A DNA stretch of 64,000 nt from Octopus sinensis (GCF_006345805.1 NW_021824841.1:1255-65254), one strand, 5' to 3'; shown: positions 35,907 to 50,648, counted from the first letter of the stretch. The notes: generated by a model from the letters alone, not told the origin. Program-made: numbers and translations.

Positions 35907-37018
35907 ACAGCCTTGGCCAAAAGTATTAGGCCACCCCGGTGTTTTGGAGTTCTGCTATCTCAATGTTAATGAAATTCGTGCACATGGTAGATTCTGGTAT
36001 ATTTCACAATATACATCAGTTTTAATACCTGGCTGACTTCTCTTTAGCATCAATAACCGCTTTTATACGGTTAGGCATTGAATCAGCTAGTTTCTTGCAG
36101 GTGCTAGGAATCCAGTCTTCTCTCAACTTTTGACCATTGCTCACTGTTCCAATTTCAGTGGTTTTGTGGCCCGCTGAAGACATTTTTCCATATTCGCTTC
36201 AGAAACCCACGGCTTCTTCCTGGTTTTACAGCCTTTCAGACCGTACTCTACAAGCCTTCTTCTAACAGTTCTGGTTGATATTTGTGAAGTACTTACCTCG
36301 TTGAAGTCTGTACAGAGCTCCGACAATGTTTTTTCTCCTGTTTCTGAGCGACTGACGGATGTTGTATTGGATCCATTTCTCATCACATGTTCGATCCAGA
36401 AATGAATCATTTTGTGACAAGAAAGTAGCATAATGCAAGCTTCAAAACGTTACTATTTCTGATTTTCATTGAGTTCATGTGGGTCCCACTTATCCAACTT
36501 TTTCACTTTACTGATTTGAATTAGATGAGTCAATATTGTTTGCTTGCCAACACCAAACAACAGCGATAATTCACGGGCACACATTGAAATGGACCTGACT
36601 CGACGGTGACTTTCAGTTCATCATCATCCACTTTTGTTTTTGGTCGACCGTGTTGTTCTTTTGTGAGGTCAAAGTTAGCAGAACAAAATATTGCAAGCCA
36701 ATTTGATACTGTCTGCTGTGTAATAACATTAGAATGAGACACTCCATTAATATTCCGAACTGTCTGTGATATTGTATTTACAAGAAAGAACTTATATTTC
36801 AAACCTGTACGAATTTGCGACTTATCCATTTCTAAACAAAAATAGCAAAGAACGATTTATAAATACTTTATAAAGCGCAAAATAAGTTAGAATAAAGCAA
36901 TAGATGTGTGCTTTCTAACAAAGAATAAGATGGTCAAAATATAATAATGGCACAAAGTGAGCAGCTGACAAAGTTTACCATATACCTTACTACAAATTTC
37001 ATACTTGACGACCTAATA
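35905..37018 (-). mobile_element. Inverted copy of the Tc1 and mariner fragments, including the mariner 5' end
   Basis: Mirror of 1-860. ORF MDKSQIRTGLKYKF starts at 36829, and a TIR-like tattaggtcgtcaag ends at about 37018. Confidence 0.75.
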
Positions 37019-37216
37019 TATATGTATGTATGTAAGCATGTATGTATGTATGTATGTATGTATGTATGTATGTATGTATGCTTGTATGTATGTATGTATG
37101 TATGTATGTATGTATGTATGTATGTATGTATGTAGGTACGTAGGTAGGTGTGTAGGTAGGTAGGTAAGTGTATACACCCAACCGTATATATATGCATACG
37201 TACGTATATATATATA

Positions 37217-37275
<59 letters not shown>

Positions 37276-37290
37276 TACATACATATGTTC
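37017..37290. repeat. (TATG)n, (TAGG)n and (TA)n compound microsatellite
   Basis: Direct reading. Many similar tracts occur elsewhere (for example 7828, 17905, 28270, 39390, 42445, 49338, 50650, 63117). Confidence 0.95.
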
Positions 37291-37707
37291 AAATATATAC
37301 GTAGATATGTAGATATGTAATATGTGTGTGTGTGTTTGTTTTGCTGTCCCCTTGACTTGACATCATCCAGGGATTCTTAGTGAATGCCATTGTCATGCGA
37401 AAGGTGTTCTTTGTCTCCAATCTTCCTGGTAACCATTATTGGGCACGGTGAAATAATGGCTTACCTAATAGCACGTGAGGTTTAGCTACGGACTCTATAA
37501 AATCTGACTGATCCAAGCGAGTATGAAAAGGTAAAAGTCTAAATGTGGATATATTCTTTTATTCTTTTATTCCTTTACAATTTTCAGCCCTAAGGCTGTT
37601 ACCATGCTGAAGCACCGCCAGTATAAATATTTCTTTAATGGTCAATTGTACTTGATTGGCTTTTGGTGAAGAAGGGAGTTCGGCACTGTTACTCTCTGCT
37701 GAGTCTC

Positions 37708-38010
37708 CTAACTTGATATTTCATCTGGGACCTTGGATAGAGGGATGTCCAATTCTTTCTTGAAAATATACCCTATTCCATGAAGATCCCTCAGATATTT
37801 TGGCAAGGCATTAAACATTTGTGGGCCCTTGAATTCTAAACTATTGCAATACGTGGTCCTCACTCTAGATGAGATAGTTGGGAACTTTGCAACAGTGCAG
37901 TGACGTCCATTTCGGGGTCTCTTGTATAGCTCTCGATAGAAAAGTTTGAGCCATTTTCTTCGAACAGTGGCCTTATCTTGTACGGTACTGAAGCAAATTC
38001 TTTTGTACAT
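37708..38010 (-). mobile_element. CR1-type LINE 3' fragment
   Basis: NSLEFKGPQMFNALPKYLRDL...FKKELD...VPDE resembles CR1 ORF2 C-termini. Confidence 0.65.
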
Positions 38011-39386
38011 CTATAGAAGGTTATGTTTTAATATTTTTGACAGATCTGGCTTCTTTTTCTGCCCTCTTCTTTTCATAGGAGTATTGAATTCATTTGATCA
38101 CGAGAAATGTTATTTGAGATAAGATCGTTTGTTATCATTTAGTGGCCTACTTAGACAATTTTAGATTTTTACTGGTCGTCTCATTATAATCCGCATACTC
38201 CCGGGAATTATATTTTTTGTATTAGTTTGGCATTCTCTCTAGAGTAAACGCATTACTTATGTCGTGCATGATTGTCATAAAGTGCTGCAGTTTTATGTCA
38301 CGAAGGAGCTAAAAGTCAAGCAGCCCAAAATATTAAAAGCATATAATCTACCATCTTGGGGCTACGGACCTCATAGCGCAAGTTGGTAGATGATTTTAAT
38401 ATTTTGCGCTCTTCTTTTCTAGGCCATGTTTCCTCTCCTATTCCTTTCTCCCTTTGTTTATATTGGATTCACTTGTGGTTTACTCTGATGAAGCACCTAT
38501 GAAGGTGAAGAATTTTATCTTCGCAATTATTAATAGACAGCGTTTGGTAACGGATGCGGAAATGGCCGTAAGATTTGAAACGTCACCTATTTGTGATGTC
38601 AGGCTTTGTATTAAAAAATAAGCTATAAATGTGTTTCAATCGATGTGTTTGTTAATCTGAAGTTTTCTTCATTTTCTGATTATTTGTATTTGCTTCCTGA
38701 TAAACTCTTGTTTATCCTGTTGTTACCTGCACTCCGCGTGCTTAGTGTGCCTACACACCAATGCTCGGTGATAACACGGGTAACGGATACCGATAGTACA
38801 CACGGGTATTTTGTCCCTTAGTCGCTATGTAAACAAAGAGAGAAATTTTCATTAGGTTTCTATTCATATCTACTATTTTCTTTCGAGAAAATAATAAATA
38901 TAGAAGATTATTATTAGTTAATGTAAACAATAATTTTTTATACCAACTAAGTAAAAAAGACAGAAGAGTTGTTGCATTGAAAATGTAATTGTTTATATAT
39001 TTTCGTTGTAGTTATACATTGGAGCAGACTTAGATACTTAATTATATACATATATAAACACACACGTATCTTATTGTTGCATGTTGTGGTGACAAGCGAC
39101 TATCTTCGAAATAAAAGGTGTTCAATTGGTATGTGTTTGAGATATAACGAAGTGAATTTCGATGGTTGTGGATTGCACTTACTTAATTGTATAGTCCGTT
39201 AAAGTGTTTCCGTTGTTTTTAAATTGTAATTGATATATGATTGGATAGTTAACGCTCACGCTCGTAACACAGACATTTGAATTAATTTATACAATCCAGC
39301 CGTCCTTTCACACGGAATTTCGTCTTTTTCTAAACCATGAACCTGAAGTGACTTTATATATAATGGAAATGTGATTATGTATATCA

Positions 39387-39443
<57 letters not shown>

Positions 39444-39605
39444 TCGAAACGATTTGTTGAGCTTTTATGTGTTTTTATAATTATTTATGTTATATAATAT
39501 ATTTTCTTATATTCACAGAATTTAATGTAATATTGTAATATAAATAAATTTTGGGATTGTCAATAGTATATATATATTTAATTCATCTTTATATATATAT
39601 ATATG

Positions 39606-39655
<50 letters not shown>

Positions 39656-40044
39656 TATCTATTTATATGAATAAATACATATATATATACATATTTATAC
39701 ATACAGAGACAACCCACTACCATCACAAATGTATATATATATATATATATATATACGTGCAAGCATATCGACTAAATAGACTAAATCAAATGCTGAATGG
39801 CAATACCTAGAACCGTTTCCTCTTGTCTCATAAATTGATAGTGAAAACAGAGGGTGAAAGAAATTATGAGTTGTACTAAGGCTGGAGGTATACTGGTAAA
39901 GTTTGCAACAAAAGAACTCGTCTAAACAATCTTAAATAGCATGCGATGGCATTGAACGGATCGATATATTAATTCTACCACAAAAGAACAGAATGTATAG
40001 TCAATCCGTCAGTATTCCGTGTACTTCATATTTAAAAAATTCCT

Positions 40045-41190
40045 TACTGGGTTGGCAAGAAAGTAGTGTGAAATAAAAGCCATCTTTTTTCATACAAAGA
40101 ATGAACTTTAATCAATTATATATTTTTCGTTTTGTTCGATAACCTTTTGCTATCTTCTTGGCAACTTCATGATTCCACGCTCATTCAACTTCTGGTTCTT
40201 ATCAGCCAAAAACCGAAGTAAAGTCGATTTCAGGTCATCATTATTGAAAGTTTTACCATTTAAAGAATTTTGCAATCTTTGAAATAAATGATAATCTGAT
40301 GGTGCAAAGGCTATATGGTGGATGTGACATCACTTTCCAACCAAGCTCCAATAATTTTTGACGAGTTAGCAAAAACGTGTGTAGATTAAGCGTTTTCATG
40401 GTGGAACACGATTCCTTTACCATCTGCTAATTCTGGCCGTTTTTCTTTGATTGCTTCCTTCAGTTTCATTAGTTGTTAACAGTAAACATCTGAATTGATT
40501 GTTTGGTTCCTTGGAAGCAGCTGAAAATACACAACACTTTTGTAATCCCACTAAATTGACGGCATGACCTTTTTTTGATGCAATTCAGCTTTCGATGTAG
40601 TTTGTGCTGGTTCATTATGCTTGGACCATTATCTTTTTCGATTGATGTTATTGTAGACAATCCATTTTTCATCACCAGTGATGATTCGTTGCAAAAAAAA
40701 GATGAATTTCATTGTGTTTGAAATGCATATCGCAAATATTGATTCACTGCGTTAAGTGAATCTTTTTCAATTTATGTGGAATCCAAGTATCGAACCTCTT
40801 TACGAGTCCAAGCCATTTTAAGTGATTTTTCGATTGTTGTGTGTGATACATTTAACCTCTTTGAAATGTCTCACACAGTTATATGACAATCAGATTCAAT
40901 TATGGCTTCCATTGGGTCACCATCACTTTCAGTAGGTCGACTAGAACGTTGGTCATCTTTGAGCGAAAAATCTCCAGAACAGAATTTTTAAAAGCATTTC
41001 TGACATGTTCGTACTGTTAAGCATCAACACCATAAACTTTACATATCTCTATGTGAGCTTCAGCATCCTCCTTCTCTTTATGGAAATAGAAAAGCAAAAT
41101 ACAGTGAAAATTTTCTTTTTTCCACTCCATGTTAAAATTGACACTGGACTAACAGCTGTAAGCAAAAGTTAATGGTTCTGAAGATATGCA
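40045..41190 (-). mobile_element. Degenerate mariner element
   Basis: RPTESDG, ITSDEKW-like and FLLHDNA/HPPYSPD-like remnants; TIR-like tactgggttggcaagaaag at 40045. Confidence 0.7.
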
Positions 41191-43263
41191 TACTTAAGAG
41201 AATAATCGATAAATAATTAGATGATCAGAAGTAAGGAATAAGTGAACGTGTGTTGCGCAAGTACAATTGTTGAATGCTCGTGTGTATCTTGAAATTTGTT
41301 TTCTCAGCAAATGGAAATGGGAATTAGGTAATCTTTTCAAATAATATAGCAGGTGGGGTAAAAGAATTTTAGAAAAAATTAATATAAAAACCGAGTAATG
41401 TGCGAGTTCCAGTGAGAGAGTGGAAGTAACTTCAATCCTTAACATATTTGGGTCGATCAAATAAGTACCAGTTAATCATTGGGGTCAATGTAACCGACTT
41501 AATCCCCTTGTATGTCCTTGTTTGGCTCCTCTGTGTGGGCAATAAATAAAAATACTTTGATCCTCTGTATTTTCGTCGTTGCTGGATTTGTTGAAACCGT
41601 TTTTGCTGATCGTATTCCACCCAAAATTAATTTGATTCGTAGATCATAAGCGGATCCATCCCCAGACGATGAATTCATATCTTTAATCGTGCGATCTGCA
41701 GAACCTTCTAATATATTGGCTAATAAACCTACCATAGGAATGAGTTATCAAGAATATATTTGTAGGAAAATTGTTAAATTTATTGATTTTAGTGTTTTAG
41801 ATATATTTCTATGTTATGTATAATTTCGAGATATGTATTTATAATCGAGCTAAAATTATAAGATATTTTATCGTTTCGCGTCACAAAGAAACAAGCAGAA
41901 TAGTGTTATATAATTCACTAAATTATAATGGCTATGATAATCTACATAATATACACTGATTACACTTTCTAATTAAATAATGCTAATGCAATTATCTATC
42001 AATATTAGTATAACTATCACAATATCGAAAGGGAATGTAGGGAAACAAGGAATACAAATGTCCCTTCACTTTCATGAAGCATCCCTTAAAAACAATATTT
42101 CGGATTAACAAAATTGCCTTTTATCTTAACCTCCATCTTCAGTTGAAATCTCATATGAAAAGTTACGATGCAGCAATATGAATCACGAAACATACTAATA
42201 ATCGAAACGGTGCCTGTTATTAAAATGTAATCCTGCAGATATCTGGAAATATAACAGGGCTAAATTCACATCAATCTTGAACCATATTCTGGCAAAATAT
42301 TAGTGTAGCGATTGTTATTATACTTTAATTTTATCGTAAGGTGCTTTTGAAATTATGATATAACGTACCGTTTTAGATATCGTTACTGTTAGAGTTTCAT
42401 AGGAAAGAAAGAATACTCTAGTAAGGACTCTGAAATTATCTGACATACATACATACATAAATACATACATACATACATACATACATACATACATACATAC
42501 ATACATACATGCATGCATGCATACATACATGCATACAAACGTACATACATACATATATACGTACGTACGTACGAACGTATGTATATATGTATGTGTGTGT
42601 TTGTATGTATATAAGTATATATAAATTTGTGTGTGTGCAGGGGGTATGTATGTGTGTATAGTGTGTGTGTGTCTGTGTGTGTGTTAAACTAATTTTTGAA
42701 AATTGTTACTATGCCTCTTAAATGCTAATTTATGATATATGCTATACTGTAATAAGTCCTTTTTTTCTTACGGCGTCCCGTCGTCTTCTGTAAGCCGTCA
42801 AAAATCTTCAGGTATCATTTCCGTCGTTAATTTTGTTTTGTATAAAATTCCAGGCTTTTGGAGTGTGTGAAGCCATCTCTTAACTACAATTCTTCGGTTC
42901 TGGTGTAGTAGCACCTGTCAGGATCCCATCTATAAGTTACCTGGCATATGTGATGATAATCCATCTGAACGCGCGTACGCAGTTATAACCTTGATTGATA
43001 CCAGGGCATGCAATAAAGCCACTGCGAGTGAGGGACCCCTAGATATCGTCACAGCATTCTTCCAGAAGAGGGATACTCTGATGTAAAAACTGCGTTTTTA
43101 CATGACTGATGGCCATTTCCTTTCGACATGAATGTTTCAAACCACGCAGATCTGCATCGGAGCTAAATGGTCATCTCAGAGGTAACAGATGAAAAGGAAG
43201 AGATGACATTGACAACGAAGAAAGATAAGGCGACAGCTATCATCTGAGAAGATGGGGCAATCA

Positions 43264-43327
<64 letters not shown>

Positions 43328-43469
43328 ATATACTAAATTAATTATATGGCCAGTCATAAAGTGACCAATGATTTCGAATCCATGAAGCGCATAACCTCAA
43401 ATTGAAGCGAGAAAAACGTTAAAGCTGGTTAATTTTTCAGACAAAAATATATATTGTCCGAGCCTTAGG

Positions 43470-44130
43470 TGGGATGGGGGTTATCGCCCTCATATCGGTT
43501 CGAGTCGGCAAACTTTTACGGTTATTATTAACGAACGAGGAATCCCACGCTTGTAGCATTTGAAATGGAATTTAAACTTGTCCCCCGGTCTATTGTGTCT
43601 TTTATGATCCTTACCTGCTCTGTTATGCAGACATTGCATCCTCTGCTCCTGGTTATATAGGGCCGCAGATGTTCAAGGATCTTCCATTTAATTGTTTATG
43701 GGGTTCCTTCATCCTTTAGGCACCACACATCGCTAACCAGTAATGTGAACTAGCGCCTTTTTGCTTAAAGACAGTTCCGACCGAACCGATTTATCTACAA
43801 ACGTGTATGTTGGATGTCTTATCGCCTTAGGTGCTTCTTCCATTTGCCCCGTATCTGGTGTTGCTGCTACTGTAGTTGGAACTTCTGGCTCATCTCTGGC
43901 TGCAGCGTTGGAGTTACTGCATTTTGTTGCTGCTGGTGTTGGTGCTGGTATTGTTTGTAGGCGTGAGACTTGTAGTTCTGTTGTAGCTTTCTTTCTTTCT
44001 AGCACTTCCACAATTTCTGAGAGTGTATCGAGTAACACCTGATCCAAATAACCCGTCTGGAATGTCACTTGCGAAATTAATGTTTGCTAGAAAGATTAGA
44101 TCCGTCTTTGAGAGGTTGTTACCGAGTGAA
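43470..44130 (-). mobile_element. Possible LINE ORF1 (zinc-knuckle) remnant
   Basis: GC-richer coding-like stretch with a degenerate FKCYKRG and a low-complexity Ala/Thr/Pro region. Confidence 0.3.
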
Positions 44131-44859
44131 AAAAAGAAAAATGACGAACAATAAATATAATTCAAAATTCTTCAAAATAGGCAAAGTTTTTTTTCTAACG
44201 TAAAGATATAGTAAAGAAAGTTGGGAGGACAGTGTAATTATTAAACGAATTGGAAAACTGTTATTCTTGGTAAAGGTAAAAAATTCGTACATAAAAGACA
44301 TATAAACCAATTTTTAAAAAAGATTTACGGAAGAAACGGTCACGAGAGATGTAATTCCCATGGAAGTTTGAGGTACACGTTTGAGGTACCAACACCCAAA
44401 CAAATTGGAACTGCACGTTCAAGTACTAGAAAAAGGAAAAGAACGGAAATATTGGGATTAAACCATAAGCGTAAGAGATATTTAACTCTCGACGGAATTG
44501 TAAAAGGGAAGACGTTATGGGAGGTTGATTCTCACAAACGGGAGGTGTTGTGGAAAGATCCTGAGCACCTCCACATGACCGAAAGTGGACTAACGCATTT
44601 CAAAAAACTAAAGAAATTATGTGAATTGTCAGACAGTTGACCGTCGGTATTGGTTACTGTGTTAGTTTAATAGCGTAACTACGTTTGGAGCGGTACGGGG
44701 TACACTCTGTGTGAACATATTAATTCTGCGAAAGGTTATTCTAGATAACCATATCCAAATATTTATTTTGGTACTATTCTTCTTACAACTAACGTGTACA
44801 AACTCGCGTAATAACATTTTTGGCGACGAGATATTGTAGTTGTAGAGCACAGCCTGTTC

Positions 44860-45030
44860 CTAGATTCTACTGGCTGGTGATGTCCTCAAATTACAGCTAA
44901 TTTTTCTGTTCCTTGTTCCTTTGCCAAAATAATAACACCAATTTACTCAACACTTCTCAACTATATCAGCTCTCTAAGTAGAACTTAAGCAGGGAAAAGT
45001 TCTATGTTTACTTTTAAGTACTTGATTAAC
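44860..45030. repeat. Dispersed repeat, second copy at 63841-63998
   Basis: ctactggctggtgatgtcctcaaattacagctaatttttctgttcc and downstream sequence shared. Confidence 0.7.
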
Positions 45031-45084
45031 TTAATATTACACTCATCAAAACTACTTTAATATTATCCACTCTCTGGCACATTG

Positions 45085-45430
45085 TGCATTCACTCTAGAG
45101 GGGTATCTGGGGTAAGTGCCTTCTACTATAGTCCCGAGCTGACCAGAGCTTTCTGAGTGGATTTAGTACAGAGAAACCGAAGGAAGCCCGTCGTATTTAT
45201 GTGTGTGTGTGTGTGTGCGTGTGCATGTGTTGTGCGCGCGGGCATATTTTCACCACTTGACAACCGGTGCTGGTGTGTTTATGTCCACGTAACCAAGCGG
45301 TCCAGCTATAGAGACCTATAGGATAGATATCAGGCTTAACAAAAGTAAGTACTGGGATCGATTCATTCGACTAAAAATTCTTGAAGGCGGTGCGCCTGCA
45401 TGGCTGCAGTCTAATCACTGAAACAAGTCA
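45085..45430 (+). mobile_element. Degenerate SINE family 1 copy
   Basis: ttctactatagtcccgagctgacc...gacaaccggtgctggtgtgttt...aatcactgaaacaag. Confidence 0.7.
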
Positions 45431-45499
45431 ATGATACCAGATAACAGATATAAACTATGATCATGTATATATTTTACTACTTTTAGAAAGAGTAGCAAA

Positions 45500-45880
45500 T
45501 ACATTGCAATTAGAGCCATTTTACCCAAACTACTGGGGTAAAGGACTGAATGCAAGGGTAGTGGCAAAAGAAATTAATGATGGGCAAGGCCTAGGAATTA
45601 TCAATGAACGTGTGGCACAACGGACGTTTCAAGGGATTTACACCAGTCTCGAAGACAAACCAATTCAATTGTGGAAGATGAGATATTGCTAGTAATGGTT
45701 GAACAAGAGCCAAGCACAAGCACTCATAAAATATCGGCAGAAGTTATCCTTCACAAAGTACCATCAGTCAACTACTACATATGCTCAGCTTTATGAACAG
45801 ATACTTTCGTGAAGGTTCTCTTGAACTGACCTATGACCAGACTCAACGAAGTGTAAACATTTGCAAACTGCTGGCAAATC
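45500..45880 (+). mobile_element. Mariner 5' fragment
   Basis: INERVAQRTF and LEDKP..G HTH-like remnants. Confidence 0.5.
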
Positions 45881-46204
45881 TTTAAGACAACCACAACCAC
45901 AACCACCACCACTATCACCCACCCACCCACCCACCAGATCTCACATTGGCAACTTCACCCACTACTTCCTCTTCATAACGTCTACCTTCTGGGATTTCCT
46001 ACTATCCTACATGTCTGTCCCACAAATAAAGTAGCGAGTTAACGACATCAATTTCTCACCGGTTTTAAAAGAGGCTGTATCCGTTAATAACACTAACTTG
46101 GCATTTCACAGCAGTAACATTTACTAATATATAGTTTGTTCTTTCACTGAAAGAATATCGACTGAAGTTTATTATTGAACAATAGATATAAAATTTCTTT
46201 ATAA

Positions 46205-46598
46205 GGCGCAGGAGTAAGTAGCTTGCTTATCAGTCACATGGTCCTGGGTTCAGTCCCACTGCATGGCACCTTGGGCAAGTGTCTTCTACTGTAGACTCGG
46301 GCCGGCCAAAGCCTTGTGAGTGGATTTGGTAGACGGAAACTGGAAGAAGCCCGTCGTATATGTATATATATATATATATGTATGTGTGTATATGTTTGTC
46401 TGTGTTTGTCCCCCCAACATCGCTTGACAACCGATGGCGGTGTGTTTACGTTCCCGTAGCTTAGCGGTTCGGCAAAAGAGGCCGATAGAATAAGTACTAG
46501 GCTTCCAAAGAATAAACTCTGGGGTCAGTTTGCTCGACTAAAGGTGGTGCTCCAGCATGACCGCAGTCAAATGACTGAAACAAGTAAAAGAGTAAAAG
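46205..46598 (+). mobile_element. Full-length octopus SINE family 1
   Basis: ggcgcaggag head through aatgactgaaacaagtaaaagagtaaaag tail. Confidence 0.9.
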
Positions 46599-46668
46599 TT
46601 ATTTAGACTTTTGTCTAAATGTATTTATAAAATATACATTATAGATAAAATGAGTTTTAAATAAAAAA

Positions 46669-47500
46669 TACGAAGTCGTATCAAAAGGTTCCCGGACTAA
46701 TTATGTTGAATGAAAAATAAGCTATTTACCTGAGTTTAAACATCATCTCCTTCGAAATAGTCACCTTGCACCTTACTAGTCCCAACGTTCCTGCCATTTT
46801 TGAAATCTGGCCTGGAAGTAATTTTCTGTAAGCGAGTCAAGGACATTCAGTGATTCGCTCTGGATCTTGACAACGGTGTTAAAATGACATGTGCGCTGCA
46901 TTTTCCTCTTCATGAAGAGATGGAAGTCCGCAGGTGCAAAGTTTGGCGAATAAGGTGGGTGTTGAAGTGATACCATGTTTTTTTTGGCAAGAAACGCACA
47001 TGTGAGTAGAGCTCAGTGACAGGGTGCTTGTCGTCATCAAGAATCCAATTCTTCGCGCTTCATAGATCCAGCCGCTTTCGTCGAATGTCCTCCCTCAAAC
47101 ACTTCAAAACATCACTATAAAACTCTCGATTGACGGTCAGGCCCTGGGACGTTCTTCTACTTTTGAATTGACCGTGTCACTCAAAACATTGCGTACGACT
47201 CATTACCTCGTAACCGTAAGTTTGCCGAAGCATGCTCAATGTCTCTGTAGTAGACTTCGTAAGTTTAACACATTTCGTTGGCTTTTTGTTCCAACTTCCT
47301 GCCAATGAAAAAAATCGCAGATTGCAGCATACCGTGATAACAAATAACACAGATTTTATAACTTGCGAAGTAACCACAGCGCTGTCACTCGGCACACTAC
47401 CTCATGAATATTACTGCTATCTCTCAATGCGCACGGAACTGTGCGCTTTCATTTGTTGGCGTGCAGCAGAATTAGTCCGGGCACCTTTTATTCATAGCTA
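46669..47500 (-). mobile_element. Internally deleted mariner with TIRs
   Basis: aaaggttcccggactaatt and aattagtccgggcaccttt inverted pair; HPPYSPNFAPADFHLF motif. Confidence 0.85.
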
Positions 47501-48381
47501 TATTTTACTTTATTCTATCTGAAGTTCAATATCTTACGTTATCCTAAAGAACATCTTTAAAAGTACAAGTTTAATTAAGGTTTATTACAAATTTCAATAA
47601 GTATATCTTCCAGATATGAACAAAGAAGCACTTTTATAACCAGACAACTTTCAGAGACAAACACGGCGCACTTTTCGCTTCGCGGAATCATCGATCAGTT
47701 CAGAATAATCAAGCTGAGAGATAAATTCCTGTTCAATAAATATCATAGACAATCCACAAAGTCTGGTACACGTTCGTGGCACAATGTAATATTTTTACAA
47801 GAACTTTTGAGGTACACTGTATTACCATTTTATTTCTTGATATTTTCAGTTAACATAGATAGTTTAATTCTTGTTCAACATCTTAATCAAAGTAAATACA
47901 TGACTCATCCACGTACTTCGATCTTAACATGAGACCCTCAACCGCGGAGGTTCATTGCGACCCCAGAGGTTGCAGGGCTTAGCGACGGACCTGAGGTTAT
48001 ATTAAAGGTTTTTATATTTTGTTTATATACTGCTTTTTCCTCGATTCTAAAAATGAATAATAAAAAACATATGAAAACATTTTCATACTATTTTAGATCA
48101 TCAGCCAAAAGTTTGCTCTGAACCAAACAAAGATTTTCCATAAGTAATATAACCTAAGTAATATGAATATTTATTTATTTGAACAATTTGGAGAAATATA
48201 CGGTAAGTATTACACACTATATAGATAAAGAATATGAATTCGTTTTAAAAGTTAAGGATTCAGGCGTAGGTAGGTGGTTAAGCAGCTCGCTGTGCAGCCA
48301 TGTAGTTTCGGATTCAGTTCCATTGTGCGGCAATGGACAACTCATGCTCCCGTGAGTAAGTTTGGGAGTCAGAAGCTCGTA

Positions 48382-48427
<46 letters not shown>

Positions 48428-49333
48428 GATTGTGTCCACCACAGCTTCGGAACCGGTGTTAGCCTGTTTACGTTCCCTTAACATAGTGGTAGTGTCAGTA
48501 TTGTACTGAGTTCCCTGATTCATTCTGACACACAAATTAGCTCATTCATCTAGATTAAGTTTTCATCAGCAGGATTTAGATTCCTTCTAGGTTTCATAGA
48601 CTTATGTGGATGTTATTCCTGATCATACTGTGTCTGGATAAACCGCATACGTTGCAAATTTCATTTTCTTGTTACTTCATCAGTGAAATCATCCCCTAGA
48701 ACGATAATTTTCGAAGTGTAACAATTCTATATACGTCTATAAATAGATAATCCTAATCACCTTATCCAATATAACTATACTTTAAAAAAATCACTTCACA
48801 GAATAACCAACCATGAAAAAGTCTTTTCTGTATCCCCTGAGTATTTCCTAAATCTGAGGTTAACTGAAGACCATTGCCACAGCACCCTGTCCTGACCTGA
48901 AGTCAAGTTTAATCAGATACATTTGCCAGTATACGTACCTCCGGTTCAAGTATAACATTTGATAGTGCCATCTGCTTAACGGTTGAGGTATTAACTTAGA
49001 TTCAATGGTTGAAATAAAAGATTACTACTATTAGAAATACAGCCGAATGTAGTTTGTTTTTCAGTAATGGCTCGAAGGAGTTTATTGGCATTCCCATTGA
49101 GGTTGAGGTTCTAATGTTCTTTAGGGGTTTCAGAAATTATTTTGACCGTTAACAAGTTATTTACATTGTGCTAGCTTACTGTCTGACGACACTGTCGTAG
49201 AATGAGGCATGAGACGTTTTTGGCGCAGTGGTTTTATCACTGCCTATTGCGGCTTCATTTTGGCTCTGCCTTTTTGCACTGCCTTTTTGGCGTAGCTGTT
49301 TTGACGCTGATCTATTTAACATTAGACCTACTA

Positions 49334-49410
<77 letters not shown>

Positions 49411-50224
49411 CTGTTTTGTATGCACGTGAATGTGCGTGTGCGGGTGTTTTTATTTATCTCCACTGCCAAAACGTACTGTTGCCAAAACAGGCCGAATGTC
49501 TAGTCAGCCGTGTCAAATCATCAACATCCAAACTTTGCGCCGAATCGCCTCGTTCCACGTAGAATAGACACATCGACTTCATTTGCCTGATGTGAAATGA
49601 TACTTTACATTAGCAGAAATTCCAAATAAACTGAAATTATTGGCTCATTGTGTCCTATAAACAATCAATGTGAGACCATATTAACATTCTGGCAACAGAA
49701 CAAAATTCACGACGGCAAAACCAGTAAATGCCATACAGTACTGTCGTCAGTTCAAACATCATACATATATGTACATCTAGCTCTGTGTGTGTGACTGTAT
49801 GTGTGTGTGTATGTGTGTGTATTTGTGTGTATGTGTGCATGTGTATGTGTGTGTGTTTGTGTGTGATTGTGTGTGTGTATGTATGAGAGACACAATGGAA
49901 TTCAACACGTTTCAAAGATCGAAAATGGTTCCATGTTAATGACTGACGCAAAACCACATTACATAAAACTTCTCAGGGGAGACTACAAAAACATCCGAGC
50001 ATTTGGATGCTTCGAGTTGCATGACAAACCTTTCAGTACATCCAAACGGGATGTTTATAGCTAAGGACTTACAATGAAATTTTGTTAATGGTAGAAAAGT
50101 GAACATTTTGTTATACAAAGGTAAACAGGAGGCTATTAATATACTTGGGTTAAGCACGTGGGGCAATCTTACCAACTAAAGACTAGAAATTACCTATTAG
50201 AAGGCAACTGAACATAATGGTTTC

Positions 50225-50420
50225 AAATTTTGACATAAGGTCAGCAAATTCTGGGGAGACGCTAGGTCGTTTCCATGGACCAAGCGTTCAACTGTTATTT
50301 ATTTTATCAGCCCCGAAATGATGAAAGACCAAGTCGACATCGGTGGAATTTGAATTCAGAATGTAAAGACGGACGATATGCCACAAAGCATTTTGCCTGG
50401 TATGCTAACGATCTTGCCAA
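50225..50420 (-). mobile_element. Degenerate SINE family 2 copy
   Basis: Reverse complement of the gttagc...ttctgaattcaaattccacc...gtcgac...ggggc core. Confidence 0.65.
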
Positions 50421-50648
50421 TTAAAAAGAAAAGACGACGCGAGATAGAAAGAAACCTCTATACAATTGATAAGTGCCTGCAGCATTAGGGGTTGAGGTTA
50501 ATCAACAACATGAAATATTTTGTGAATAGCACAATATTTTGTAATGATCAAACTAATTCCCAATATTTTTTGCGTGTCAACATATACTACTGATTATGTT
50601 GATTTTGGTTTTCTAGTTTGATACGAAATTGCAACGAAAGGGTAGAAA

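Larger units (their letters stand above)
32139..36764. repeat. Palindrome right arm, outer segment (reverse complement of 1-4615)
   Basis: Direct base comparison; gacagttcgg at 1-10 corresponds to ccgaactgtc at 36755-36764. Confidence 0.97.

Noticed and set aside
1-36764. Palindrome as a pure fold-back assembly artefact
   Set aside because: The arms differ by substitutions, repeat organisation, several deletions and a complex templated junction, and they are separated by a 7-kb unique spacer. Joined haplotypes are not fully excluded without reads.
38485-38510. Hammerhead-like ctgatgaagcacctatgaaggtg
   Set aside because: A stem II is present but the required GAAA is not; at most a decayed remnant.
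46205-46275. tRNA genes at SINE heads
   Set aside because: The heads are tRNA-like, but they do not form complete cloverleaves and continue into SINE body and tail.
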